From an uncultured Gaiellaceae bacterium (GTDB taxonomy: Bacteria; Actinomycetota; Thermoleophilia; Gaiellales; Gaiellaceae): a stretch of DNA of 32,000 nucleotides. The stretch covers positions 66,798-98,797 of the forward strand of contig CAVVDE010000012.1 in the NCBI GenBank assembly GCA_963746975.1, read 5' to 3'. Of this stretch, positions 17,997 through 26,435 are shown piece by piece; positions within the stretch are counted from its first letter, which is position 1; each line of letters starts with the position of its first letter. The notes under the pieces were generated by a model. It was not told the DNA's origin. It worked only from the letters and a program-made list of their open reading frames with translations, and ran no database searches. The translations under genes were made by a program, and so were the position numbers.

Positions 17997-18789
17997 TCAG
18001 CCGAACCAGTCGCGCAGCGGGAGGCTCTGGCCGAGCGCCGAGAAGTCGCCGTCTTCCCGGATCGCCTTGGCGGCGTCCGCGAACGCCGCGACCGCAACCC
18101 AGGTCAGGCCGCCTCCCACGCTGATCCGCTGCGCGCCGGCATCGGCGATCTCGGAGAGCGTCAGGCCACCGAGCGCGAGAACGTTGACAGGACGCGTGAC
18201 CGCGTCGCACACCTCTCGTATCTCCGACGTCGTCCTGAGCCCGGGCGCGTAGAGCACGTCCGCGCCCGCCGCCTCGTACGCCTGCAGGCGTGCGATCGTG
18301 TCCGTGAGATCGGGATTGCCGCGGATGTGGTTCTCGGCTCGTGCGGTCAGCGTGAACGGGAAGCCCAGGCCACGAGCGGCCTCGACGGCCGCCGCGACTC
18401 GCTCGGTTGCCTCGCCGACCTCGTACAGGCGACCCGAGGGGTCGTAGTCCTCGATCGAGCCGCCGACCGCGCCCGCTTCGGCGACGCGGGCGATCGCAGC
18501 TCGCTGTCGCTGCCGGCGAGCTCCCGTATCCGTTCTCCAGGTCAACCGAGACAGGGAGGTCGGTCGCTCGATCCAGCGCGGCAGTGTGCTCGGCGACCTC
18601 GTCGAGCGTCGCTCCGCTGTCGAGCCGGCCGAGCGTGAACGCGAAGCCCGAGCTCGTCGTCGCCAGCGCCTCGAAACCGAGGGCCTCGAGCACTCGGGCC
18701 GACCCGACGTCCCACGGGTTCGGGATCACGAATGGCGCGCCCTCGTGGAGGGCGCGGAAGGCCTCCGCTTTCTGCTCCTGTCTCGTCAC
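17997..18789 (-). pseudogene. isocitrate lyase/PEP mutase family protein (2-methylisocitrate lyase / carboxyvinyl-carboxyphosphonate phosphorylmutase-like) with one frameshift near 18495-18510
   Basis: The N-terminal part, from ORF 17890..18789, is MTRQEQKAEAFRALHEGAPFVIPNPWDVGSARVLEALGFEALATTSSGFAFTLG...PVSVDLENGYGSSPAAT. The continuation, in ORF 17997..18545, is AIARVAEAGAVGGSIEDYD...TLTARAENHIRG...ARLQAYEAAGADVLYAPGL. The two pieces are contiguous in the family fold but lie in different frames. Confidence 0.8.
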
Positions 18790-19748
18790 CGGATCTCGAG
18801 CACGACCTTGCCACGCTTTCCGCGCTCGTGCACGCGAGCGAACGCCGCCGGGGCGTCGGCGAGCGGGAACACCGCGTCGATCGCGGGCCGAATCCGGCCC
18901 GCCTCGATCAGCCGCGCGAGCTCTTCGAGCTGGTCGCGCGACTGCTCGACGACGAAGTAGAGCGCGGCGATGTCGTCTCGTCCGTGCTCCGGCGGTTCCT
19001 CCGCCACGGACACGATTCGCCCTCCCGGCCGCACTACCTCGACGGCGGACGCCAGCGCATCGCCTCCGACGGTGTCGAAGACGAGATCGACGGGCTCGAT
19101 GGACTCCTCGAGGCGCTCAGCTCTGTCGACGACCTCCTCGGCGCCGAGCTCACGCACCAGCTCGAGATCGGCGGCAGACGCCGTCCCGGTCACGTGTGCG
19201 CCGCGCTCGTGCGCGAGCTGGGTCGCGAAGTGACCAACACCGCCGGCGGCACCGAGAACGAGGACGCGCCGGCCCGCCTCCAGCCGACCGTGGTCGAACA
19301 GGCCCTGCCACGCGGAGAGCGCGCCCATCGGCACTGCGGCAGCCTCGACGTGACTCAGGCTCCCCGGCTTGGCGGCGAGGACGCTCGACGGAACCGCGGC
19401 GTACTCGCGGGCGACGCCGTCGCGGTCGAACGGCGTGAGTGCGTAGACCTCGTCGCCGACTCGCAGGTCGGTGACGTCGGATGCGATCTCGCTGACGACG
19501 CCAGAGACCTCGTACGACGGGACCGCGGGGAGCCGATCGACCGGCCACTCGAGCTCGTCCCGCGTGATCGCAGCGGCGTGAACCTCGACGAGGACCTCGC
19601 CCGGCCCGGGGTTCGGAATCGCGAGCTCCTCGAGCGCAACACGCGGCGTGGGCTCGCCGCCGTGCAGGCGTACCGCCCGCATGACGCCGCTCCCGCCCGT
19701 CGGCGATCCGACGTCTCCCGCGCTCTCGAACTCCCTGACATCGCGCAT
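18786..19748 (-). CDS. NADP-dependent oxidoreductase, medium-chain dehydrogenase/reductase (quinone oxidoreductase-like) family
   Basis: MRAVRLHGG...GPGEVLVEVHAAAITRDELEW...VLVLGAAGGVGHFATQLA...RGKVVLEI. ATG 19748 has a strong GAGGAGGGG upstream; ATG 19682 (MRAVRL) is an alternative start. The stop overlaps the GTG start of the PEP-mutase gene as GTGA. Confidence 0.9.
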   Translation of the reverse strand: MRDVREFESAGDVGSPTGGSGVMRAVRLHGGEPTPRVALEELAIPNPGPGEVLVEVHAAAITRDELEWPVDRLPAVPSYEVSGVVSEIASDVTDLRVGDEVYALTPFDRDGVAREYAAVPSSVLAAKPGSLSHVEAAAVPMGALSAWQGLFDHGRLEAGRRVLVLGAAGGVGHFATQLAHERGAHVTGTASAADLELVRELGAEEVVDRAERLEESIEPVDLVFDTVGGDALASAVEVVRPGGRIVSVAEEPPEHGRDDIAALYFVVEQSRDQLEELARLIEAGRIRPAIDAVFPLADAPAAFARVHERGKRGKVVLEIR

Positions 19749-19784
19749 GTCCCCTCCTCAGTCAACTCGATCTGCCTCGCTGGC

Positions 19785-19827
19785 AAGTATCTTATTAGAA
19801 AGTATCCTTCGCGGAAGTATACTGCCG
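19785..19827. promoter_or_regulatory. three AAGTAT(C/A) direct repeats at 15-bp spacing plus a near-perfect 16-bp palindrome; candidate MarR operator in a divergent promoter
   Basis: AAGTATC occurs at 19785 and at 19800, and AAGTATA at 19815. CGGAAGTATACTGCCG (19812-19827) is palindromic in 7 of 8 pairs around GTATAC. This is the only AT-rich stretch between the MDR gene and marR. Confidence 0.4.
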
Positions 19828-19833
19828 CGAACG

Positions 19834-20346
19834 ATGCCGGACGAGCAGGAGCTGGACCACATGGACGCGATCCTCACGCAGTGGCGGCGGGAGCGGCCGG
19901 ACGTCGACGTCACGGCGCTCGGCATCATGGGTCGCCTCTTCCGCGCGGCGCAGCTCACAGACGCCGCGCTCGCGGGCGGCATCGCGCGGCACGAGCTGCA
20001 GCCAGGGTGGTTCGACCTCCTCGCCGCGCTCAGGCGCGCCGGACGGCCCTTCGAGCTGAACCCGACGCAGCTCATGGCCGCCACCATGCTCTCCTCCGGC
20101 GGCATGACGAAGCGACTCGACCGGCTGGAGGGCGCCGGGCTCGTCGAGCGCCGTCCGGACCCGAGCGATCGCCGTGGCACGCTCGTCCGTCTCACGAAGA
20201 AGGGCCAGGAGACCGTCGACGCCGCGCTGGTCACGCATGTCGGGAATGAGGAGCGACTGCTGCAAGCACTGTCCGCAAGCGAGCGCCGCACGCTCGACGG
20301 GCTCCTGCGCAAGCTCCTCCTCGAGCTCGAAGCGGCGTCCGACTAG
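19834..20346 (+). CDS. MarR-family transcriptional regulator
   Basis: ATG 19834 gives MPDEQELDHMDAILTQWRRERPDVD...LNPTQLMAATMLSSGGMTKRLDRLEGAGLVERRPDPSDRRGTLVRLTKKG, showing the MarR winged-helix with the DRR wing. Confidence 0.9.
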   Translation: MPDEQELDHMDAILTQWRRERPDVDVTALGIMGRLFRAAQLTDAALAGGIARHELQPGWFDLLAALRRAGRPFELNPTQLMAATMLSSGGMTKRLDRLEGAGLVERRPDPSDRRGTLVRLTKKGQETVDAALVTHVGNEERLLQALSASERRTLDGLLRKLLLELEAASD

Positions 20347-21509
20347 CGCGCCGCCCGCAGCTCCGCGCGGAACTCCCGCAACCGAGCCGTCTCGAGCGCG
20401 ATCGAGAAGGCAAGGATCACGATGACCACGCCGAGCGTCACGATCGCATCGGCGCCGTCGAGCAGCACCGCGACCACGAGGACGAGCGCGGCCGCGGCCA
20501 GGCGCTCCCAGGCGACCCGGCGCACGACCCGAAAGCGCATGAGCGCGAAGCCGCACAGGAAGAACGCGATTCCGAGACCGAGCGCCCAGCGGCCCGGCTT
20601 CGACAGCGGGTCGAGCGGATGCTCGAGCGTCTTCTTCGCCGCGACCGCGTACAAGATGATGCCGAGCACGAGCGGATAGTGAAAGTACGTGAAGACGTCC
20701 CGTGCGAGAACCCCCCGGGCAGGTCCGGACGCTCGTTTCAGCGAACGCTCCGCGGCGACAGCGGTGAAGTCGAAGTACGCCCACCACAGGGCAGCCACTC
20801 CGGCGAACGCGATCACGACCGAGACCGCGTACGTTGCATCGCGATCGAGGCCGGCAGTTCCGACGCCGATCGCGACGATCGACTCGCCGAGAGCGATGAT
20901 CACGATCAGTGCGAAGCGCTCGGCGAAGTGGGACGGTGACACGTGCCAGTCCGCTCGCGCGACGGTCAGCGTCCCGACGACGTCGATGACGAGCGAGGCG
21001 AGCCACACCCAGGCGCGGTAGTCCGCGTCGACGAAGCCGCCGGCGAGTGCGACCGCCGCAGCGATGAGGAACCAGGGCGCCAGGCGCAGCGTCGCCCGCA
21101 GCGTTTCGGGCTCGTTTCGGACGCCCCATGAGTACAGCGTCGAATTCAGCACGCGGACGACGAAGTAGGCGACCGCGAACCAGGCGGCTTCGTCTTGGAA
21201 GGCGTGCGGAACTGCGAGGGCCATGAAGAAGCCCGCGACCATGGCGGCGAAGATGATGAGGCGGGTCACCGCGTTCTCGACGTCGATCGCATTCGTCATC
21301 CACGCGTACGCCGACCACGCCCACCACACCATCGCGAGGACGAGCGCGGCGCGGGCAAACCCCTGCAGGCTCGGGTCCTCGAGGATGAGCGCGGTCACCT
21401 GCGTGAACGCGAAGACGAAGACGAGGTCGAAGAAGAGCTCGAGGTAGCTGGTCTTCCGCTCTTCCTCCTCGACGTTCGGCTCGACGACGAGGCGCTCGAT
21501 GTCGGTCAT
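20343..21509 (-). CDS. ltrA: low-temperature-requirement protein A (LtrA) family membrane protein
   Basis: ATG 21509 gives MTDIERLVVEPNVEEEERKTSYLELFFDLVFVFAFTQV..., the LtrA N-terminal signature, followed by multiple transmembrane segments. The start overlaps the upstream peptidase stop as ATGA. The longer 771-aa ORF is an Arg-rich artefact. Confidence 0.85.
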   Translation of the reverse strand: MTDIERLVVEPNVEEEERKTSYLELFFDLVFVFAFTQVTALILEDPSLQGFARAALVLAMVWWAWSAYAWMTNAIDVENAVTRLIIFAAMVAGFFMALAVPHAFQDEAAWFAVAYFVVRVLNSTLYSWGVRNEPETLRATLRLAPWFLIAAAVALAGGFVDADYRAWVWLASLVIDVVGTLTVARADWHVSPSHFAERFALIVIIALGESIVAIGVGTAGLDRDATYAVSVVIAFAGVAALWWAYFDFTAVAAERSLKRASGPARGVLARDVFTYFHYPLVLGIILYAVAAKKTLEHPLDPLSKPGRWALGLGIAFFLCGFALMRFRVVRRVAWERLAAAALVLVVAVLLDGADAIVTLGVVIVILAFSIALETARLREFRAELRAAR

Positions 21510-23083
21510 GTGAGCGTGACGGCCCGGGCAAGAGATTCGACCGAGAGCGACGATCCCGACGCCTGCTCGACGAGACGATCCCAGCGCGCCGACTCGCCGG
21601 CGGCGAAGAGCCGCTCGCGGAGGAGCGCGCCCGCCTCCGGGCGGTCGACGATCCCGCCCACCTCGGCCTCGAGCGCCGCCGCCAGCTGGAGCGCGACGAT
21701 CGCCCCGTAGAGATAGGTGTGGTAGTAGACGGGCGAGACGGCGATGTGGATCTTCGCCGCCCAGTCCGGCGCTCGGCGGCCGTCGGGTGGAGTCACTCCC
21801 TGGTACCGCCGCACGAGCTCCCACCAGAGCGCGTCGAGGTCTCCGTCGGGGTCGGCATACAGCGCGCGCTCGAACGTGTTCATGACGAGGACCCAACGCG
21901 TGAAGACGAGAAGCTCGGCGGCTCGCGCCGCGAGCAGGCGGCCCTCCAACTCGGCGCCTTCGCCCGCGCTCAGCCCGAGAATGCGCTCGAGCCACTCGCG
22001 CCGCCATGCAAGCGCGCCGCAGAGCAGCGCCGACGCCTCCGTGGCGACGAGGTGCGTCGAACGCAGCGTCCACGGAAGGTCGTCGCTCAAGCCGAGGTCG
22101 TAGACGCCGTGACCAAGCTCGTGGAGCATCGTGTCCGCCGAGTCGTGCGTCTCGGCGACGTTCGCCAGGATGCGCACGTCGTCTCGCCGGTCGATGTCGA
22201 TGCAGAACGCGTGCTGGTTCTTGCCGGCCCGCGGGTAGAGGTCGCTCCGGGCGATGATCCCCTCGGCATCGAGCCCGATCCCCTCGATCGTGCGGCGGGC
22301 GAGCGCCACGATGTCCTTCCCCTCCAGATACGGGTCGAGATCGACGGCCGAGTCGGGCGGCGCCTCCTGGAAGAACGGGTCGGCGTAGTTCCACGGCCGG
22401 AGCTCCCCCACCGAGCAGCCGAAGCGTGTGGCAAGCCGCTCGTCGAGCGCGCTCTTCCACCTCGCGAACGGCTCGGCGGTGACTCGATCGCATTCGCCGA
22501 GCGTCACCGCCAGCCTGGTCTCGTCGAGTTCGTCGGTCGACAGGCTGAGTGCGAACCAGTCGCGATGGCCGAGCGAGCGCGCGGCCACGTTGCGTAGGCG
22601 AGCGAGCTCGCGGACGTCGTCGGCCACTTCGGCGCCGACCGTCTTCGACGCCTCCCACGCCTCCCGCCGCTCCCCGGGATCGTCGCTCCGCCGCAGGATC
22701 CGCTTGATCTCGGTGTCCCCCACCTCGTCGCCGCCGACCACCCCCCGGTGTCGCGAGAAACGCAGGTCGACGTATGTCTCGAGCTCGACGATCCGCGACC
22801 GGAGCCCGTCCGGCACCTGGCGCCGAACCATGGCGTTGTGCAGGAGGTCGAGCCGGCGTCGATCCTGCCCGCCCGCGCCGTTACGGCGAGCAGCCTCGAC
22901 CGATGCGAAGAGCGCGCGATCGGCGAGCGCGTCCGACCACGCCAGTTCCGCATGCGTGCGCCTCTCGGCATTCTCCTCCGTCGCCTCGACCTGCGAGTTC
23001 CACCAGCCGAGGTTGGACTCGACCGCGAGCGGCGCGAGCCGGGCCTCGACCTCGTCGGCGATCCTGGACGGATCCGCCGTCAC
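21506..23083 (-). CDS. HExxH zinc metallopeptidase (M3/M2-like oligopeptidase or carboxy-dipeptidase type)
   Basis: GTG 23083 overlaps the upstream TGA as GTGA. Contains ...WWNSQVEATEENAERR...DTMLHELGHGVYD...TEASALL...SPVYYHTYLYG. This gives HELGH plus a downstream E, and the layout looks gluzincin-like. The exact MEROPS family is not resolvable by eye. Confidence 0.8.
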   Translation of the reverse strand: MTADPSRIADEVEARLAPLAVESNLGWWNSQVEATEENAERRTHAELAWSDALADRALFASVEAARRNGAGGQDRRRLDLLHNAMVRRQVPDGLRSRIVELETYVDLRFSRHRGVVGGDEVGDTEIKRILRRSDDPGERREAWEASKTVGAEVADDVRELARLRNVAARSLGHRDWFALSLSTDELDETRLAVTLGECDRVTAEPFARWKSALDERLATRFGCSVGELRPWNYADPFFQEAPPDSAVDLDPYLEGKDIVALARRTIEGIGLDAEGIIARSDLYPRAGKNQHAFCIDIDRRDDVRILANVAETHDSADTMLHELGHGVYDLGLSDDLPWTLRSTHLVATEASALLCGALAWRREWLERILGLSAGEGAELEGRLLAARAAELLVFTRWVLVMNTFERALYADPDGDLDALWWELVRRYQGVTPPDGRRAPDWAAKIHIAVSPVYYHTYLYGAIVALQLAAALEAEVGGIVDRPEAGALLRERLFAAGESARWDRLVEQASGSSLSVESLARAVTLT

Positions 23084-23592
23084 GCCGCCGTCGACTGGAC
23101 GAGGCTCACGACCCGGATACCCGTCCGGAAGCGATCGAACGACTGCTTCCAGGTGTACCCGGGCCAGCGGTACTCCACCGCTCCGCGCACGACGTCGTAC
23201 ACCGCGGTGTAGAGCGTTCCCATTCCCCACCGGTACGCACCGGAGAAGAGCGGCGGGTAGTCGTAGTTGCGGACGAGCATCGGGCTCGCCGCGCGTCCAG
23301 ACGCCCTGCGAGCAGCCCGGAGAGGTACGAGGGAGGCCGCCACATCGAGAGCATCCGGGCCTCGAGGTCGCCGCCGCCCGCGAGCTCGCACAGCCGCTCG
23401 CCACGTGGGGACGAGCTCCGGCATGTGCTCGCGGAGCATGCGCGCGGACTCGGCGTAGACTCGCACGCGCTCGTTCGCCCTCGTGCAGGAACCACGGGCG
23501 GTAGCGCGGCCAGTGGTTATCGAAGAGCGCCTGCCACTTGCTCGCCCGGCAGCAGCCTCTTCGACGGCCTCGAAGGTCAGCTCGAGGCTCAC
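23080..23592 (-). pseudogene. remnant of a C45-family (acyl-CoA:6-APA acyltransferase-like, autoproteolytic) gene, split over three frames and apparently truncated
   Basis: Pieces in order: VSLELTFEAVEEAAAG, then KWQALFDNHWPRYRPWFLHEG, then ANERVRVYAESARMLREHMPELVPTW, then ERLCELAGGGDLEARMLSMWRPPSYLSG, then CSQGVWTRGEP, then MLVRNYDYPPLF... They alternate among the three minus-strand frames. The family assignment comes from my recollection of the G|CS nucleophile context and the xRNYDY motif. Only about 170 codons are present, whereas I recall this family being about twice that length. Confidence 0.5.
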
Positions 23593-25065
23593 AGCATCTT
23601 GAAGGAGAAGGGCTCGGGCGGCGGGAGCGGCGTCGCGAGCGGAGGTGGGACGCCCTGGAACTGCGCCTTGATCCCCGAGATCCAGAGCGAGCGCCGCTCG
23701 GTGAGCTCGTGGTCGTCGGTCTGCAGACGGCCGCGTGGTCACGAGGATCCCGAGATCGGCTCCGGGGTAGCGGAACTGTCCCTCCGCCGGCGATGCGGAG
23801 GTAGAAGGCCTCGTCCTCGCTCGGCGACGGTGTGCCAGTCGGTCTCGCGGCGGACGAAGCGGATTCCTCCGGGCGCCTTCGGATCGAGACGCCAGACACC
23901 GGAGCGCGGCGCATGCGGTGATCAGCTCGACGTCGTCGTCGGTCTGCTTGAGGATGAACTGGCTCCACTCGTCGACGGCACCCGGGTGCGCCCACGCCTC
24001 GTTCAGCGCGGCGACGTCGATCTCGTACTCGACGTCGGCGAACTCGATGAGATGGAAGAGGAAGAGCGGCATGTCGCCGTACGCAACGGCGGTGACGTTC
24101 GTCATGGAGCTCGCCCCGGTGACGCGCGGGTTGAGCTCCCGAGGTAGAGCTCGCCCGAGTCGACGTCGGCGAGGAAATCGAGCTCGAAGTAGCCGAGGTA
24201 GCCCTCCTGTCGCAGGCGGTCGCCCATCAGCCGGGTGTATTCACGAGCGAGCGAGCGTTGCCGCTCGGTGAGCGCCGTCGCGAAGACGTCGTTGCCGCAC
24301 CAGCCGCCGCCGTACGGCGTGAGCTCGGGGAAGCCGGTGAGCTCGGTCATGAGCGGACCGACGAGAGTTCCGTGCCGCGTGATGACACCCTCGATCGCGG
24401 CCTCGCAGCGGGTCGATGCGCTTCATGACCTTGAGGTCGTGATCGACGAGCTCGCAGCGTGCGCGTCCCAGTCCGCGGGCGGTCGCGACGAAGAACGTCG
24501 TCTGGCCGGAGTCGCCGTACGGGGTCTGCACGACGAGGTTCTGGCCGAGATCCGCAGCCGAGAGCGAGCTTGCAGCAGGTCGCCGTACGAGTCGGCGCGA
24601 CCGAGGACGTTGGGGACGCTCGGCACGCCGGCCTCGTCGGCGAGCCGCGTCGTCTCGATCTTCGAGTCGAGCCGCGTGCGGAGCGCCGCGGAGGGGAAGG
24701 CGAGCTCGAGCCCGGCCTCCTCGGCGAGCCGCTCGGTCTCCTCGTCGAACATGAGGAAGACCGCCTTGCCGTGACCGTCTCCGCGATGAAGTCGTGCACG
24801 TCCTTGTGGGCGAGGAGGTAGTTGCAGATCTCCTCGATCGACTCGAAAGCCGGCGGTCGTGGTACGTCGGCACGAAGACGTTGGGGTGGTACCCGTCGAA
24901 CGAGTCGTAGTAGTTGACGTAGCGGAAGGTCGGGATCCAGCGGTCGATCCCGAGGAGGTTGAAGGCCGTCGCCGAGACGAAGTAGACGGGTGTCGTCGCC
25001 GTGCGGAAGAAGCGGCGGATCTCCGAGATGCTCTGGAGCGGCCGGGCCGTCGCACGGTCGCTCAT
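23589..25065 (-). pseudogene. ATP-grasp ligase (PGM1-like, with pre-ATP-grasp N-terminal domain) broken by at least 9 frame switches
   Basis: ATG 25065 overlaps the M20 TGA as ATGA. Recognisable consecutive pieces are: MSDRATARPLQSISEIRRFFRTATTPVYFVSATAFNLLGIDRWIPTFRYVNYYDSFDGYHPNVFVPTYHD; PAFESIEEICNYLLAHKDVHDFIA; GDGHGKAVFLMFDEETERLAEEAGLELAFPSAALRTRLDSKIETTRLADEAGVPSVPNVLGRADSYGDLLQ; LSAADLGQNLVVQTPYGDSGQTTFFVATA...ELVDHDLKVMKRIDPLR; AAIEGVITRHGTLVGPLMTELTGFPELTPYGGGWCGNDVF...GYLGYFELDFLADVDSGELYLG; ELNPRVTGASSMTNVTAVAYGDMPLFLFHLIEF...DEWSQFILKQTDDDVELITA; APRSGVWRLDPKAPGGIRFVRRETDWHTVAE; EDEAFYLRIAG; GQFRYPGADLGILVT; RGRLQTDDHELTERRSLWISGIKAQFQGVPPPL...FSFKML then TGA. The length of 1477 nt is not a multiple of 3. 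Confidence 0.8.
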
Positions 25066-26324
25066 CGAAGGCCGCACCAGTCGCGGACGAGGAGCGCGAG
25101 CACCTGAGCAGTCTGCACCACCGACGGGAGATGGACGCGCTCGTCGACCCCGTGGATGCGCTCGGCGTACGGCCCGATGCAGGCGGTCGGAATCCCCTGA
25201 CCGACGAACGCGCGCGCATCCGTCGTCGCGGTGGTCGGTCCCGTGACGGCGTCCTCCTCCGTCACCGCCTTCCAGGCGGCTGCCAGCGCACGAACGATCG
25301 GCTCGTCGTCCGCGACCGTCGTTCCTTCGTTGGCGAAGCCGGAGTAGCGAACGGTCGGCACGTGCGCGGTGAGGTAGGCGCTGTCCGACGCGGCACGCGC
25401 GACGGCATCCTCGACGCGCCGCTTCAGCTCCTCGATCGATGCCCCCGGATACGTCGCGATGCGGCACGAGAGCGAGCATTCGGCCGCAACTGTGGACGGC
25501 CAGTCTCCTCCCGAGACGACTCCGACGTTGAGGTTGATCGGGTGCGGCACCGAGTCGAACGGCGGCGGTGGCTCGGCGTTGAGCTCGTCTTCGAGGAAGT
25601 GCAGCTCGCGGACGATCGCGGTGCCGGCCTCGATCGCGCTCACACCGTCCTGCGCCTCCGCGACGTGCGCCGGCGCACCGGCGATGTCGACGTGGAACCA
25701 CAGAACCCCGACCTGCGACGTCGGGATGAACGCGGGGTACGGCTCCGGGATCACGACTGCATCGGCTTGGAGGCCGGAGAGCGCGCACTGGAGGGCGCCG
25801 TTCCCCCCGCACTCCTCCTCGACCACCGACTGCAGCTGGACCGGAGCGAGAGGTGCGAGACCGAGCCGCTGGAGTGCAGCGACCGCGCCGACGATCGCCG
25901 CCAGGCCCGCCTTCATGTCGCCGGAGCCGCGCCCGTAGAGCCACTCGCCCTCGCGGACGGCCGCAAACGGTGGCGTGCGCCAGAGGCGCTCGGACGCAGG
26001 CGGGACGACGTCGATGTGACCGTTCAGGACAAGCGAGCATCCGCCGTCGCCCGTGGCAGGCCAGTCGGCGACGACGTTTCGCTTGCCGGTGACGTCCCAG
26101 TCGAACGGCGCCGCGCGCGGATCGGAGCGCAGGAGGTCGGCGTCCAGCGGGATGTCGACTGGCTCGAGGCCGAGGAGATCCCGGAATGCCTCCTCGATGA
26201 TCGCCTGCCCTCGCTCCTCGTTCCCGAGCGTCGTCGGCGCCTCGACCAGCCGCACGAGGAGATCGACCAGCTCGTCCTCGACGCCCGCGACCGCGTCGAC
26301 GATCTCGCGGTCGGAGACGCTCAT
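25062..26324 (-). CDS. M20-family metallopeptidase (ArgE/DapE/acetylornithine deacetylase-like)
   Basis: Intact 420 aa: LVLNGHIDVVPP...WLYGRGSGDMKAGLAA...VVEEECGGNGA...GPTTATTDARAF, giving the HxD, GRGxxDMK and EE metal/catalytic motifs. Confidence 0.9.
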   Translation of the reverse strand: MSVSDREIVDAVAGVEDELVDLLVRLVEAPTTLGNEERGQAIIEEAFRDLLGLEPVDIPLDADLLRSDPRAAPFDWDVTGKRNVVADWPATGDGGCSLVLNGHIDVVPPASERLWRTPPFAAVREGEWLYGRGSGDMKAGLAAIVGAVAALQRLGLAPLAPVQLQSVVEEECGGNGALQCALSGLQADAVVIPEPYPAFIPTSQVGVLWFHVDIAGAPAHVAEAQDGVSAIEAGTAIVRELHFLEDELNAEPPPPFDSVPHPINLNVGVVSGGDWPSTVAAECSLSCRIATYPGASIEELKRRVEDAVARAASDSAYLTAHVPTVRYSGFANEGTTVADDEPIVRALAAAWKAVTEEDAVTGPTTATTDARAFVGQGIPTACIGPYAERIHGVDERVHLPSVVQTAQVLALLVRDWCGLR

Positions 26325-26435
26325 CGGGGCGCGATCCTACCCACGCGCATGACGCAGGGAAATGCACGCCATATTCGCTGCAAATCAACCACTTTTCTCC
26401 CCACGGAGCTCGTAGCTGCATTCACTCTGGGGGCA

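Noticed and set aside
17604-18252. ORFs 17606..18124 (+), 17734..18252 (+) and 17604..17936 (-) as occupants of the gap after the deacetylase gene
   Set aside because: All three are Arg/Pro/Ser-rich nonsense. The third plus frame, interrupted only by one TGA, gives a family-like DCC1 protein coupled to the upstream stop, so it is preferred.
20343-23995. The full 771-aa (20343..22658) and 829-aa (21506..23995) minus-strand ORFs taken as single large proteins
   Set aside because: Only the C-terminal 388 aa (LtrA, from ATG 21509) and 525 aa (metallopeptidase, from GTG 23083) look like protein. The N-terminal extensions are Arg-rich read-through over neighbouring genes, and the shorter starts give clean ATGA/GTGA couplings.
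26325-26435. A weak inverted repeat (aaatgca ... tgcattc) in the M20 / PHP divergent spacer
   Set aside because: It is a 6-of-7 match about 50 nt apart, with no supporting symmetry, and is indistinguishable from chance.
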